A stretch of 63,191 bases of DNA, the filler included, from Reclinomonas americana ATCC 50394 (taxonomy: Eukaryota): NCBI GenBank assembly GCA_048213135.1. It is 12 parts of 12 records of this genome, joined end to end, with 100 filler letters (N's around TTAATTAATTAA, not from the genome) between each part and the next. Parts side by side here need not be neighbours in the genome. Positions count along the whole stretch, not along the records: positions 41,677 to 51,919 come from AFZH01017389.1; positions 52,020 to 61,054 come from AFZH01017390.1; 10 more parts are not named here. One strand, 5' to 3'. A program made the position numbers and the translations under genes. Below the pieces are notes generated by a model. The model was not told where the DNA came from. It did not search any database and saw only the letters and a list, made by a program, of their open reading frames with translations. Positions 48,172 through 59,400 of this stretch are shown here, piece after piece. The first letter of the stretch is position 1; every line of letters starts with the position of its first letter.

Positions 48172-51133
48172 CTACTGTACAGTCACTGGCGCGCCGCCGA
48201 CCGGCTGCACATGCACGGCGTCCTGCAGCACACGGTGCAGCATGCGCGCAGCGCCACCATTCAGCAGTTCCACAATGGCCGCGAGTGGCGCCACCACTTC
48301 GCGGAGACTGACCGACTCCGATTCAGGTCTTCGCCTGCGAGTGGCGTCAGCACAAGCACACCTTTGTGAATAGGGAATGCGCAGAAGAACGACTCACCGC
48401 CTCCGACTCTTGCGTCTCTGTCGATGCGACTCCAGAATCGCGACCGAAAGCATGTTGCGCGACTGCGTGGCCACTTCCTCCGCATCGCGATTGCCTGTTA
48501 TGCGAGTGTGAGGAAGCATCTGGGGGAGTGGGCCGACCTGCCCCTCATACGCACGATTGTCCACAATGTCGCCGTGACAGCCGCACTCGATGAGGACCGA
48601 GAGCAGGCTCGAGGCTCCGGCGGCCGCCGCGAAATGCAGCGCCGTCCACCCTCCACTTGTCTTGTCACACATGCGTGCACCATGTCGCATCAGTTCACAC
48701 ACGGCAGCTGTGTTCTTACTCGCCGCAGCAAACATGAGTGGCGTCACCCCGTCTGCACGTTGCTCCCACCAGGTGAGCCACTAGAAGCAGGCGAGCAAGT
48801 CATGTGTGACGGACCTTCGGAGCCGACACGTACAGCGATGCTGGGATTCGCACCGACCTCCAACAGCACAGGCAGGAGACCTGGGTCACCGTCGACGGGT
48901 GCACACAGGGCGCACACCAGTGGGGTGAGGTTGCCACACTCAACGACAGGGGCGTTGGCCAGCTGCGAGATGAGGGTGTGCCCGTCCGACAGCCTTCGCA
49001 GACGATCGAGCACCGCTGCCATGGCCGAGTACTGTCCCGTGGCGGCGCACCAGTGCAACAGGCTGATATCTGCACGGCAAAACGAGACACTGTGAGGTTG
49101 ATATGACGGGCTGTCGAACAGATCAACTGGTACGCAACTCTCCGTCAAATCAAAGTAGTTGTCTTCGGGACTGGCGGCCAGCATGTCGCCAAAGAGCGAC
49201 GATGGCTGCGGGCCACTGTACGCAATCTCCAGCAGCAACGCGTGGACACCTGAGAAGAAGCCGCCAATTCAGCACCGTGCTCACGCAACCGCAAGGAATA
49301 CACAACGCACCATCGTGATCGACTGCCAATGGATTCGCTCCGGAGCGGAGGAGGCGGGACGCGAGAGTCGCATCGCGCTGCACAATGGCCGTCATGAGCG
49401 GCGTGCGCCCGTGAGAGTCTCCATGCTCCAGATCGGCGCCGTGTCGCAGCAGCTCGTCGCAGGCGACCAGACGACCGGCACGAACCGCCAACAGCAAGGG
49501 ACTCTCGCCTGCCGACAACGCAAAACGCAATGAATAATCACAATAGAACACGCACACGGCTAGGACGCGCAATCACACGCACCAGCCTTGGTGGCAGCCT
49601 CGAGCCGACAGCCGCACTCGACCAAGTATTGGATCTTATCGGCGTGCCCTTCCACCGCGGCAAAGTGCAGTGCCGTGTAGCCGGCCGCATCCAGAGCCAG
49701 CGGGTCGCTGAGGCCCGTGGGCGTCAGCACCGCCTCGGCGAGGGCATGCTGTTGCAGTCCGGGAGCCACCGATTGCAGCAGGCGGGCGAAAACCACCAGT
49801 GACGCTCGCATCTGACACGCACGCAACAGCGGCGTCCAGGTGGCAAACGGAGCGTGTAGGGTGTGCACGGGATTGGCGCCGGCCGAAAGCAGCAGGTGCA
49901 TGACGGAGAAATGGTTGCCACTTGCGGCGTGCATCAGACCTGCCAGTAGCGGCAATTGTTGGGCAGCGATAGAGAGACAGAGAGAGAAAGAGAGAGGGAA
50001 ACGGGCAAGTGAGAAGCGAGCGCACCTGTGGCTCGACCAGGTTTATCGGTGGCCTCGTCGGGGCCAACATGCCGCAACAAAACCTCCACCACATCGGCGT
50101 GACCGTAGCGACAGGCGAGTGAGAATGCCGACTTGGCGGTGCGCATGTCACCCTCCTGCAGACGAAACGGTGGCGTGAGAGACGCGCACTCGATGGCGAG
50201 ATTGCCAGCACAAACCTCGGGAAAACTGTATCCATCACGACGTGCGAGAATGGCGGCCTTGGCGTCCGCGTGGTCGCGCAACACGGTCTCCAAGAAGGCA
50301 GCATCGCCTGTCTGACACGCTGCGTGTACCAGACCGGCCTCCACCACTGCTCCAGCCAGTGAGTGGCGCGCATGAATGAGTGACAGGGGGGAGGAGAGAG
50401 AGAGAACACGCAACACTGTTGCAATGGTCGTGGTGGTGATGCAGAAACCACGTGGTCTCCGATAGCTGCGTGCGCGCGACGAATGAGTGGCTGCACTCAC
50501 ATGCACAAAGCGACAGACAGAGAGAGAGAGGCACGCAACGAGAGAGCGGCGACTGCATTGGCGAGACAACTCGTCGCAAGAACGCGTCCGGCCCATCCCG
50601 ATCCTCCACCGTCAGCGTCAAGAAGCCCGCTGCGGTGGTCGGACTGCTTGAGGAACTCGCCGTGTCGAGTCGCACGGGCAGTGCGGCGACGTCTTGCGAC
50701 GAAACATACACGGGTAGGCGAGGCAGGCCTGACATCTCACAGTCAGTGAGGGATAGGTAGAACACACAACAAAGAGAGCGCAACTTGCTCCGCCCATGCT
50801 CTTGCGCATGGCCAGCTTGGAGGTGGTGGGCGAGCGCACCATGGAGGCGGCACTGCCGGTACCTGTGTTTGCGAGAGTGATCATGAGTGCATGCATGCAA
50901 ACTGACAACACGATGGCACAAACCTGGCGATGAGTGAGTGGGCGATGGCGGTGCCACTGCCTGTGCGAATGCCTCGCGAGAGGCGAGGACCGATGGCACT
51001 CGGCCTTCTGCATGAGTGTGTGCGTGTGTGTGTGCGTGTGAGAACAAGTGTGCAGTGATGCGTGATACGCGGAGTGCAAACCGGGTGATTGCTGCAAGAG
51101 GGAGCGCGGCACTGGTGGCGGCTCCATTATCAT
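48172..51133 (-). CDS. Ankyrin-repeat protein
   Basis: SAFSLACRYGHADVVEVLL, GYTALHFAAVEGHADKIQYLV, GESPLLLAVRAG, GRTPLMTA, TPLMFAAA, GWTALHFAAAAG; frame-consistent 5' exons from ATG 51133. Confidence 0.88.
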
Positions 51134-51685
51134 CTTCCCAGCAGCTGACAGCAGCAGCAGGTGCAGAAGCGTGTGTGGGTGTTGTTGAGTGCGAGAGAAT
51201 CTGTACACACCACTCGCGACCGAACAAATGCGTTTTCAGTGTGGTGTGTGGTTTTCGTGCAAGCTGGCGATTTGTGTGCAGCGGAGGGGAATGAGCTACA
51301 TGCGTACTAGAATGTGGCAGGTCGGTGGAGGCAATGCTGACATGAGTATTTCCGATCACGTGCACGAGATATCAATACTGCAGCTGGGTATTCAAATTTG
51401 CCGTGCTGGAAGGCTTTCCATCGTCTGAGCATGCCTGGCACCACAAGGAAACTGCAACCCGCTCGTGCATCCACCTGCATCCGAGTCTCGCGATCGCGCA
51501 CGGTGGGTTCTATTTTCTGCAATCATGATCATGCATGCACGCTGCGCGTGGTCCCATGACCGTACCGCACGTCTCCACACACACACACACATACTCTTTC
51601 GCCCCCGTATGCACGCCCCGCCGCACGCTAATGTAGACCACCTCCGTTTCCCTCCGCCGTTACAGAGGCCAGAAATAGAGCAGGG

Positions 51686-51745
51686 GGCCGAGAATGGCTC
51701 CTCCGAGGGTATAAATAGCCTGGTTTCGGCCATCATTTCTCATTC
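51686..51745 (+). promoter_or_regulatory. Putative TATA box plus initiator
   Basis: TATAAATA at 51710-51717, TCATTC about 30 nt downstream, pyrimidine-rich leader, ATG at 51851 whose ORF runs into linker 51920. Confidence 0.5.
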
Positions 51746-52578
51746 ACCTCGTTTCTCGAGCAATCGTCATCTCCTACCTCTTTTCTTCAGCAGGAGAACA
51801 CACCCCTTTTCTTAGTTCAGTGTTTGTAGTGCTCTTTTAGAACCGACTCCATGCAGCGCAACCGTGAGAACCGCAACACTGTCATCGCGACGGCCGCAGC
51901 CGAGATGCTGCCGCCCCCGNNNNNNNNNNNNNNNNNNNNNNNNNNNNNNNNNNNNNNNNNNNNTTAATTAATTAANNNNNNNNNNNNNNNNNNNNNNNNN
52001 NNNNNNNNNNNNNNNNNNNCTGTCTCCGACAGCGACGAGGAGCAGTAAGCGCCTTCCGCCGCCTACCACCACCTACAGCGGCTCAACATCCGCCACCCCC
52101 CACGCACGACGTCAACGGCGTCGACGCGATCGAAGACGTGGACGGCATCTTGCAGCGCACGGCTAGAACTGATGCCTGCGCTGGGATCGCTTCTGCAGTC
52201 TCTTTCGCACCCTTCCCCTTCCCTCCCCTCCCGACTACCGCTCGCCTGGCGTTTCGCACACTTTCGCGATCGCCTTTTTCGCGTTGCGCCGTGGTCACCT
52301 TTCTGCATCTTGCTTCCAGTTTTTTCCTTCCCTTCGCATTTTTTTAATCCCCCATTCCCGCGGCCACAACGAGGAGCCTCTCGCTTGCATCCGACTATGC
52401 ATGCAAGCCTTCTCCTTCTCTGACGACTTGTGGATCTTGAGTGAACAAAAGGAGAGTTTCAAAACATGATATGAGTTGTCCTCTTCACTGGCCTTCACTC
52501 TTCACTCTTCACACACAAAGCAAAGACGATCACACCTGGTGGCGATCGAGCAGTCAACCTCACGAACCAGAGACAACA

Positions 52579-53002
52579 ATGGTAACGGCGACAAGTGTCG
52601 CGTCTCTCTTCTTCTTCCCTCACTCTCCTCACCACTCTCTCTCACACACAGGGGATTGAATCGTTCTCCTTCTTCACCTACATGATTGGCCTGCTGGTGG
52701 TGGCCGCCGGCGTTCTCTTCCCCTTCTACATGCTCACCTCGCAGCGACAACACAGCCGCCGCGCTGCCGCCGGCCATCTCCAACATCAGCATCATCAACA
52801 TGCGGCCATGGTGACAGTGGGAACGGCGTCGCCAGGTGGCAAACTGTTGAGTGTCAGCGGAGGTGGTGGAAGCGGTGGTGCAGGTGATTCGGCAGCAGTG
52901 GGCGGTGGACAGGGAGCATCGGCATTGCCGGCTGTGCGTGTGGAGTTGGGCGATGCCGACTCGACTGCGTCGCGTCGATTGCCGCGCAGTCCCATGAGAT
53001 GA
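52579..53002 (+). CDS. Small single-TM protein (start uncertain)
   Basis: ATG|GT intron then GIESFSFFTYMIGLLVVAAGVLFPFYML and a Gly/Ser/His-rich tail ending at TGA 53002. Confidence 0.45.
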
Positions 53003-53192
53003 CGACGGTGGATGAGATGTGGTGGTGGTTGTTGTTGTTGATGCGGTATACTTTTGGTTGTGGATCATCATGATTGAAACAAGATCAAGGGTGGATAATC
53101 AGGGGAAGGGAAAGAGAGCGAGAGGGGAACGAGGTAAAAAATCGTACAACAGGGCGCCGGCTATGCGAAAAAAAGAGTGTGGGTGGCGCTCG

Positions 53193-56100
53193 TTACGTGG
53201 CGCTCCCGTTGCCTTGTGCACGTCGAGCGTCGTCCAAATGCTGCGCCAGCGACTCACGCCATATTGACTGTGAAGCAAGACAGACGGCAATGAGTTTCTT
53301 TTCACAAAAGAGCGAGACTTCTCCCTCCTCCTCCTCTCCTTCCTCCTGTCGACGTCACACTCTTTCTTCTATTTCCTCCCCACCACGCTGGTTTTGGTTG
53401 TCCCGCACTTGTCGCTTCCCCTTCCCATTGCTCTCTCCTCCTCCTCCCGTCTCCCTCCCCACCCGTGGCATGCACGTTCTCACCTCTGTTGGCACGCGAT
53501 AGTTGCCACCTCCACCGACCACACCGGTATCGTACCCGTACACTCCTGGTGGTGCACCGGCAGCTGCGGCCGATCCCATGGCAGGATCGTACGACTGCAG
53601 GCCGAATCCACCGGCACCCGCACCCGCGCCGCCGCTGCCGCCGTCGTACGGTGTGCCGTAGCTCACCGGTTGTCCACCCGACGGCGTCATCCCCGCCGCC
53701 ATCATCGCGTCGTATCCAGAGCCGCCGCCCGCCGACGGCTGCGACGGGTACATGCCGAGCAGCGAGAAATTCTGACCCGAGCGGATGCCCGTGGCAAAAC
53801 TGTTGCCCAACGCCGACGCAAAGCCACCCGGTCCTGACGAGGACGACAGCAGACCGGATCCTGCTGGCCGACTATTGTGCGCGCGTGTTATTGTTTTTTT
53901 CGTACGCAGTGGAGCAAGCAAGAGGGACGGGACGCCTACAACGCAACGATCCACTGGCTCCTCCATCTGCGCCACCTGCACCCTCCTCCACCACCGACAA
54001 CTGACCGGCCACTTTCAGGTCGGCAGCGACATCCAGCTGCGGCCGTGACATGGGTGGCCGTCTCAGTACCTCGGTCCGCGCGGCCGAGTGACGAGTCCAC
54101 GCCTGTTGGTGATTCGTGTGAGTCGCGGAATCACATCGGAAATGAGAGCAGGACCGCAAACGCAACATTCAAAAATTCAAGTGGCGGAAGCATCTTGCGC
54201 TCGTAGTCCAAGAAACCCTCCATCCAGTCCAGCTGCGACAATTGTCGTCGCAGTTCAGCCTCCTCGCCCAGCAACACACTCAACTGCGCACAACTCATCG
54301 TGTTAGCGCACTGGCCGCGATGCATCGCTGGGGGAAAAACAACTGCACACCTTGTTTTGCGTCTTCTCCTGCAACCTCAACATGGCCTCCTGCAGCAAGC
54401 TGTACAACTGTTCTTGCACCTCGGCCGAGTTGCGGTGGATCTGTGTCGCCAGCACGCAAATGAGTCTCGCACACAGTCTCTTTCGCACTTAGTGCTTCTA
54501 CCGACAAACCTGCTCCAGTCGCTCGTCGATCTTGCCCAGGTGTTGCACAATGGCTGTCCGTCTTGTTTCCACACCCGGGTCCTCCTTCTTCGACGTCATG
54601 AGTGCTTGATCGTAGGCTTGCGAGATGGGTATCAGCTTGTGCGTCGCGCCCTCGCCCGACGAGTGCGAGCCGACCATCTTGTCGTACACACAGATCGCCT
54701 GGTTCCACACTGGATCCCAGAACTCTAGCGCCATTTGCGGATGCGACGGGCAGTAGCCGAAGAAGCGAGGCTGCGACGGTGGCGAGCACGTGAGCAACTC
54801 AAGAGAATACGAGACAATATCCGCTGCCCCCAACTCAACTTGCTTGTCACCACCGATGCGAGTCTGCAGCGAGTTTCGCACACGATCGACCGCTTGCCGA
54901 GTGGTGGCGAGCGCCACTTGCGCATTCTCACCCCGCCCGACACTACAGACGAATGAACCATGGTTAGCAGACAGAGAGAGACAACACGCCGGCAACCATC
55001 GAGGGGACGCACCCAAGTCGCGTTTGTTCCACAGATCGCTCCAGGAGACGAATGTCTTCGCGGAGCGCCAGCGCGTCCTCCAGCCGGTCCTCTCGCTTCA
55101 GTGTCTCATACATGCCTCGAGCCACATTCAGCTCATCTTCAATCTACGAGATTCAGCAACAGTTAGCACTTCCATCCCCACTCCACGTGCCCCCCCCCAC
55201 AGGGCGACGTACGACAGACCTTGGTCAACTCATCGGCCAGCGGATCGTACTCAAACATGACATAAAACAGCGGCAGCACTTGTGCATCGTCATACATCGC
55301 GTAGCGGTGATAGTACAACAGTCCATCGGAGGGATAGTGCGAGAGGAACGACGGTACTTTGCTGCCGGCCGAGTCTGCCGCACCGCCACCTCGCGAGATG
55401 CTGCGCACAGCAATCAGCCACACAACGAAACGAGGTCTTTCCCTCTCTCTCTCACTCACCCCGAGCCAGCACCGCGACTCGGTGTGCCATCCGGTGCCGC
55501 AATCGCACTGCTGTCCACCGTCTCCTCCGTCTCACTCGAAAACACATAGACCGAGTCGTACCCGGCCGGTGCTGCACACGGATCCAGGCGTCAGGCACAC
55601 ACACACAGAAGCTTCAGAGATGAGTGCGCGCGCAACGTCGAGTCTCCGCAGTCAACACCGACTGCTCCACTGGGAAGGCACGTCCGACCGCGGCCCGGCA
55701 CACCAGATACTCGTGCCGACCCGATCGTGTGGTGTTGCGCAGCGGCAACTCGCCCACGGGAAAGAGACCACCCTGCGGCGCCAACTTGAAGCCGCGCTCC
55801 ACCACCGTATCCAACGCATTGCCACTGTCACTCAGTGCCGACACCTCCACCAGCGAATCCAGTGTCAGAGCACCCTATGTGCGTGCGGGCCCGATTTCGT
55901 CAGTGCACAGTCCGCACACGATTCGAGCGAGGCACATACACACACACACTGACACTCACTCACTCGATCTCTCACTGTGTGCGTGTGCGTGCGTGTGCGT
56001 GCGTGCGTACCTTTGCACGCTTCTCGAAGCGAGTCAGCAAGTGCGGACCACCAATGGGCACGAGTGCCAATACACGTGCCGATGACGAATGCAGCGCCTG

Positions 56101-56316
56101 TCGCACCAAGTACTCCACATCGAGGAACTCACGCGACTGGCGCGACGCAAAGCCACGGCGTCGCACCGCCGCCGGCAACATGGCCACCACATCGGCCTCA
56201 ACTGACGACCCCGAACCCGCCGACGGGCCTCCGCCTCCGCTTCCGCCGCCACTGCCACCGCCTGAGGCGGATGCTGTGCCAGAGGAGGCACCGTTCCCTG
56301 TCGGAGAAGCGTACAT
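53193..56316 (-). CDS. ADP-ribosyltransferase-like fold + degenerate B-box + coiled-coil protein
   Basis: LTRFEKRA…VVERGF…YLVCRAAVGRA…PAGYDSV…YAMYDDAQVLPLFYVMF resembles a PARP-catalytic-like fold; CPSHPQMALEFWDPVWNQAICVYDKMVGSHS…HKL is B-box-like; then coiled coil EEAELRRQLSQLDWMEGFL. Confidence 0.62.
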
Positions 56317-56496
56317 TTGAGCGATGGTGCTGCGGGAACCGTTGCGTGGGACCGGTCGTGACGTTCGACCTCCCTTCGCAATCAAGCACCTTTGATCACA
56401 GCTACGGGCCGCAAGTACGCATTTACGGCGGATGTACACTTTTTTTGGGGGCATTTGGGAACACGAAACGCGGAGGAAAAAACAACAACATTCTTA

Positions 56497-59400
56497 TCAG
56501 TACCCGCCTCGCCGTCTTGACGCTGCGCCGCTTGGTGTGGTTGATCTGCTATTCGGTTCGCTTCCACCACTGCCACCACCACCATTCGCAACAACTGTAA
56601 TCCCGGCGGCCAGTGGAATGCCGGCGGTCGCTGCTGCGGGACTCGCAGAACCCTTGCGACTGCCGGCAGACGACCGAGAGCTCCGCTTGACACCACTGTG
56701 TGCCGGCCCGGATGAGTTCATTGCGCCCTATTTTCCCATTCTCTATCGTGCTCACCTCGTGGTGGTGGACGAGGCGCTGGTGCGTCGATGGGCTGCCACG
56801 CCGCCGTTGGGCGGTTCCATCATGCCAGCCGACACGGCACCTGCCACACCACCCATGCCACCGACGGTACTACCGCCAGCAGCCGTGCCGGTGGTGCCAG
56901 CGGGTGATGTGGGGGCGGTGGAGAACGGTCGACGGGAGGCGGTAGTGGAGGCCGCGGGTACTGCACGGCGCGTGGTGGCCGTGGCCGTGGCCGTGGAGCT
57001 GACTGTCGCCCCGCGCCTGAGCACAATTAAGGACAAGGTGAGAGAGGGTTGAGCACCGATCGCCCCCTGTTGCAGAGACGTACCCATTGGACGAGGGACG
57101 AGAGCGTCCGGCACTCCGTGGTCGAGAACTGCATCGATGCGGTGTGTGTCAGCCTCGCAGGGGAGATGAAATTCAAAGCGAGCGGTACTCCAGCAACGCA
57201 ACCCTGACACGCCACGCGCTCCTGGTGACGGCGACCTTCCGTACTGGTCACGAGCGTGGTCACGAGTGGCCGGCGACACGGCACGAGTGGCACGTGGTGA
57301 CGGCGCTCGCCCTGTACGCAGTGTGAGCACGTTTCACAGAAAGTGGCGCACTCGCACAGATACACACCAGCCGATCGTGCACGAGGAGTCGTGGAGCGAC
57401 TGTTGGGAGCCGAGGTCTTCTCCCCGCCGCCAACCACATGCACCGGCGAGACACCGCGTGGAGTACGACGACCTTGCGGCGAGACCGACCGTCCCGAGCG
57501 ACCCACAGTGACTTCTGTGTCGACTGGAGCACCGCGTGGTTGCCAGTGACCGTGTGTGCCGACCGATGTCGGTGTCACCGACCGAGCTCCACGTCGTCTG
57601 CATTTCGGCACATTGGTGAGTTTGGACGAAATGCAAACAAAAAAAGCCAGCGACGCAACGGTGCCAGCGGATCGGTGCTGTCGCGGCCCTCACGTCGCGT
57701 ATGCTTGGCCAGTTGTGGTACGTCCTCCCAGTATGGAATCACGCGCGACGGCCGAGTGAACAGACCATGTCCTTGTGGACAAGTAAAGTAGCGGATACCC
57801 TGCACTGTGCCATCGTTCTTGCCATCTGCAAGGAGATAGAAGTGAGTCATTGTCGGCTGCACACACTGAGGTAGCAGAGAAAATGACGCACATGGCTCCT
57901 CGAGTGCCACGCCAACCCACACTCCGGGAGCAAAACGGCTGCGCCCAATGTACCGCACCACGCCAAGATGGTGCTCGTTGGTCACCGTCACGCGATCACC
58001 CACAGCAAACATGACATACACCTCGTCTTCGTCTTGCAAGAAACGCTTGCTCTCCTGAGAAAATCGGCACGAACACGCGCACAGTCAGCGACCGCATCTT
58101 CGGCAGCGGCACGGCGCACACAATAAACAAACGCAACATCCCACACAAGCTTCCGTGCCGACGTGGCCTGACCAGGGACAGGTCGCGGTCCTCCCACGCC
58201 CGCTCCTGCTGACTCACGCGCACCGACACCAGCGCCTGCATCCCGCGGCGACGGCTCCATGTCATCGCCCGCCTCCGACGGTGACTGTAAACACACAACA
58301 CACACACGTCAGTAAACATCTCTTGCCCATTCTTGCATGCCTCACACACCTCGGTGATTCCATCGACGGCATCGGGGCCAGCAAAACTCGACGGCGAGTC
58401 AATGTACTCCTTGCGCACGGGCTGCTGCTGCATCCACACCATGTTGCGATGACTCAGCTCCATCGGTTGCATGCGCATTGGTTTGGCCGTGGCCGTTCCG
58501 GCGCCGGCCGCAGCTGCCACTCCTGCCCCGCTGCCAGCAGCAGCGGCGGAAGATGAGCCGCTGTTGCCGAACTGATCGGCGGAGAGACGCCGAGTCGTCT
58601 GCGTCCGCGAGGAGGAGACACCAAAGCCGCGAGACGGAGGACGATCCACCACGGCCTCTGGTGACACCGCACGTCGTGCACTGCCACTGCTGGCCGGTCG
58701 GCGATTGGCCATCGACCCGGATCCACGTTCGGGTGAATGCGACCGATTGGACAGAGCGGAACTCGACAGTGGAGGTCCTTCAAAGGTTTTCCTCTGCGGT
58801 GCCGCCAGCTGCTGCTGCTGTGGTGTGAGACGCATGGCAGAGGTCGGTAGTGACGCTGGCTTGGCACTGCCCGCTCTGCCACTGCCGCTGTTGCCGCTAT
58901 TGTTGCTGCTGTTGCTGTTATTGGCGACCGAGGACGAGGCCAGCATGGCAGCCATGGGTGGAGGGAGACCACGACGGTAATCCGGCAGCGACATTGACGT
59001 TGGAGCAGACATGGTGCGCGGCTCATCGACGCTCTGCCGTGCAACGACGTTGTTTTCCGTGAGACGGATGAACACGTTGCAGGAATAAAGTGACAGATAT
59101 GCGACTCACCGCCGCCTTTTCGTCCTCGTTATCCTGCTGCAAAATGCGGCTAATCATGCTCTCCAAGTGTCGCATCTGGTCGTTCTGCGATTCGATAGTG
59201 GCCTGCAGCTCCGCAATCACGTGGTCGGGGTCGTCCAGAGCCTCTGCGGCAGCTGCTCGACACGTCAGTACAAACACACACAGATCGCTACTGGGCGTTT
59301 CAAGACGCGCACGAACCGGCACGAGGAGGTGACACGGTGCGCAGCACGCCACGCTGTGAACGGCTGAGTGATTCGTCCAGATTCATGGAGCTAAAGCTCT

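Noticed and set aside
26793..56316. PARG-like and ART-like genes as a linked ADP-ribosylation system
   Set aside because: About 25 kb and a dozen unrelated genes apart, and the ART-like fold appears non-catalytic.
56696..56755. Two tandem genes only 30 nt apart (TGA 56752, ATG 56721)
   Set aside because: A 60-nt GTGAGC…CAG intron joins the two segments in frame; it is one gene.
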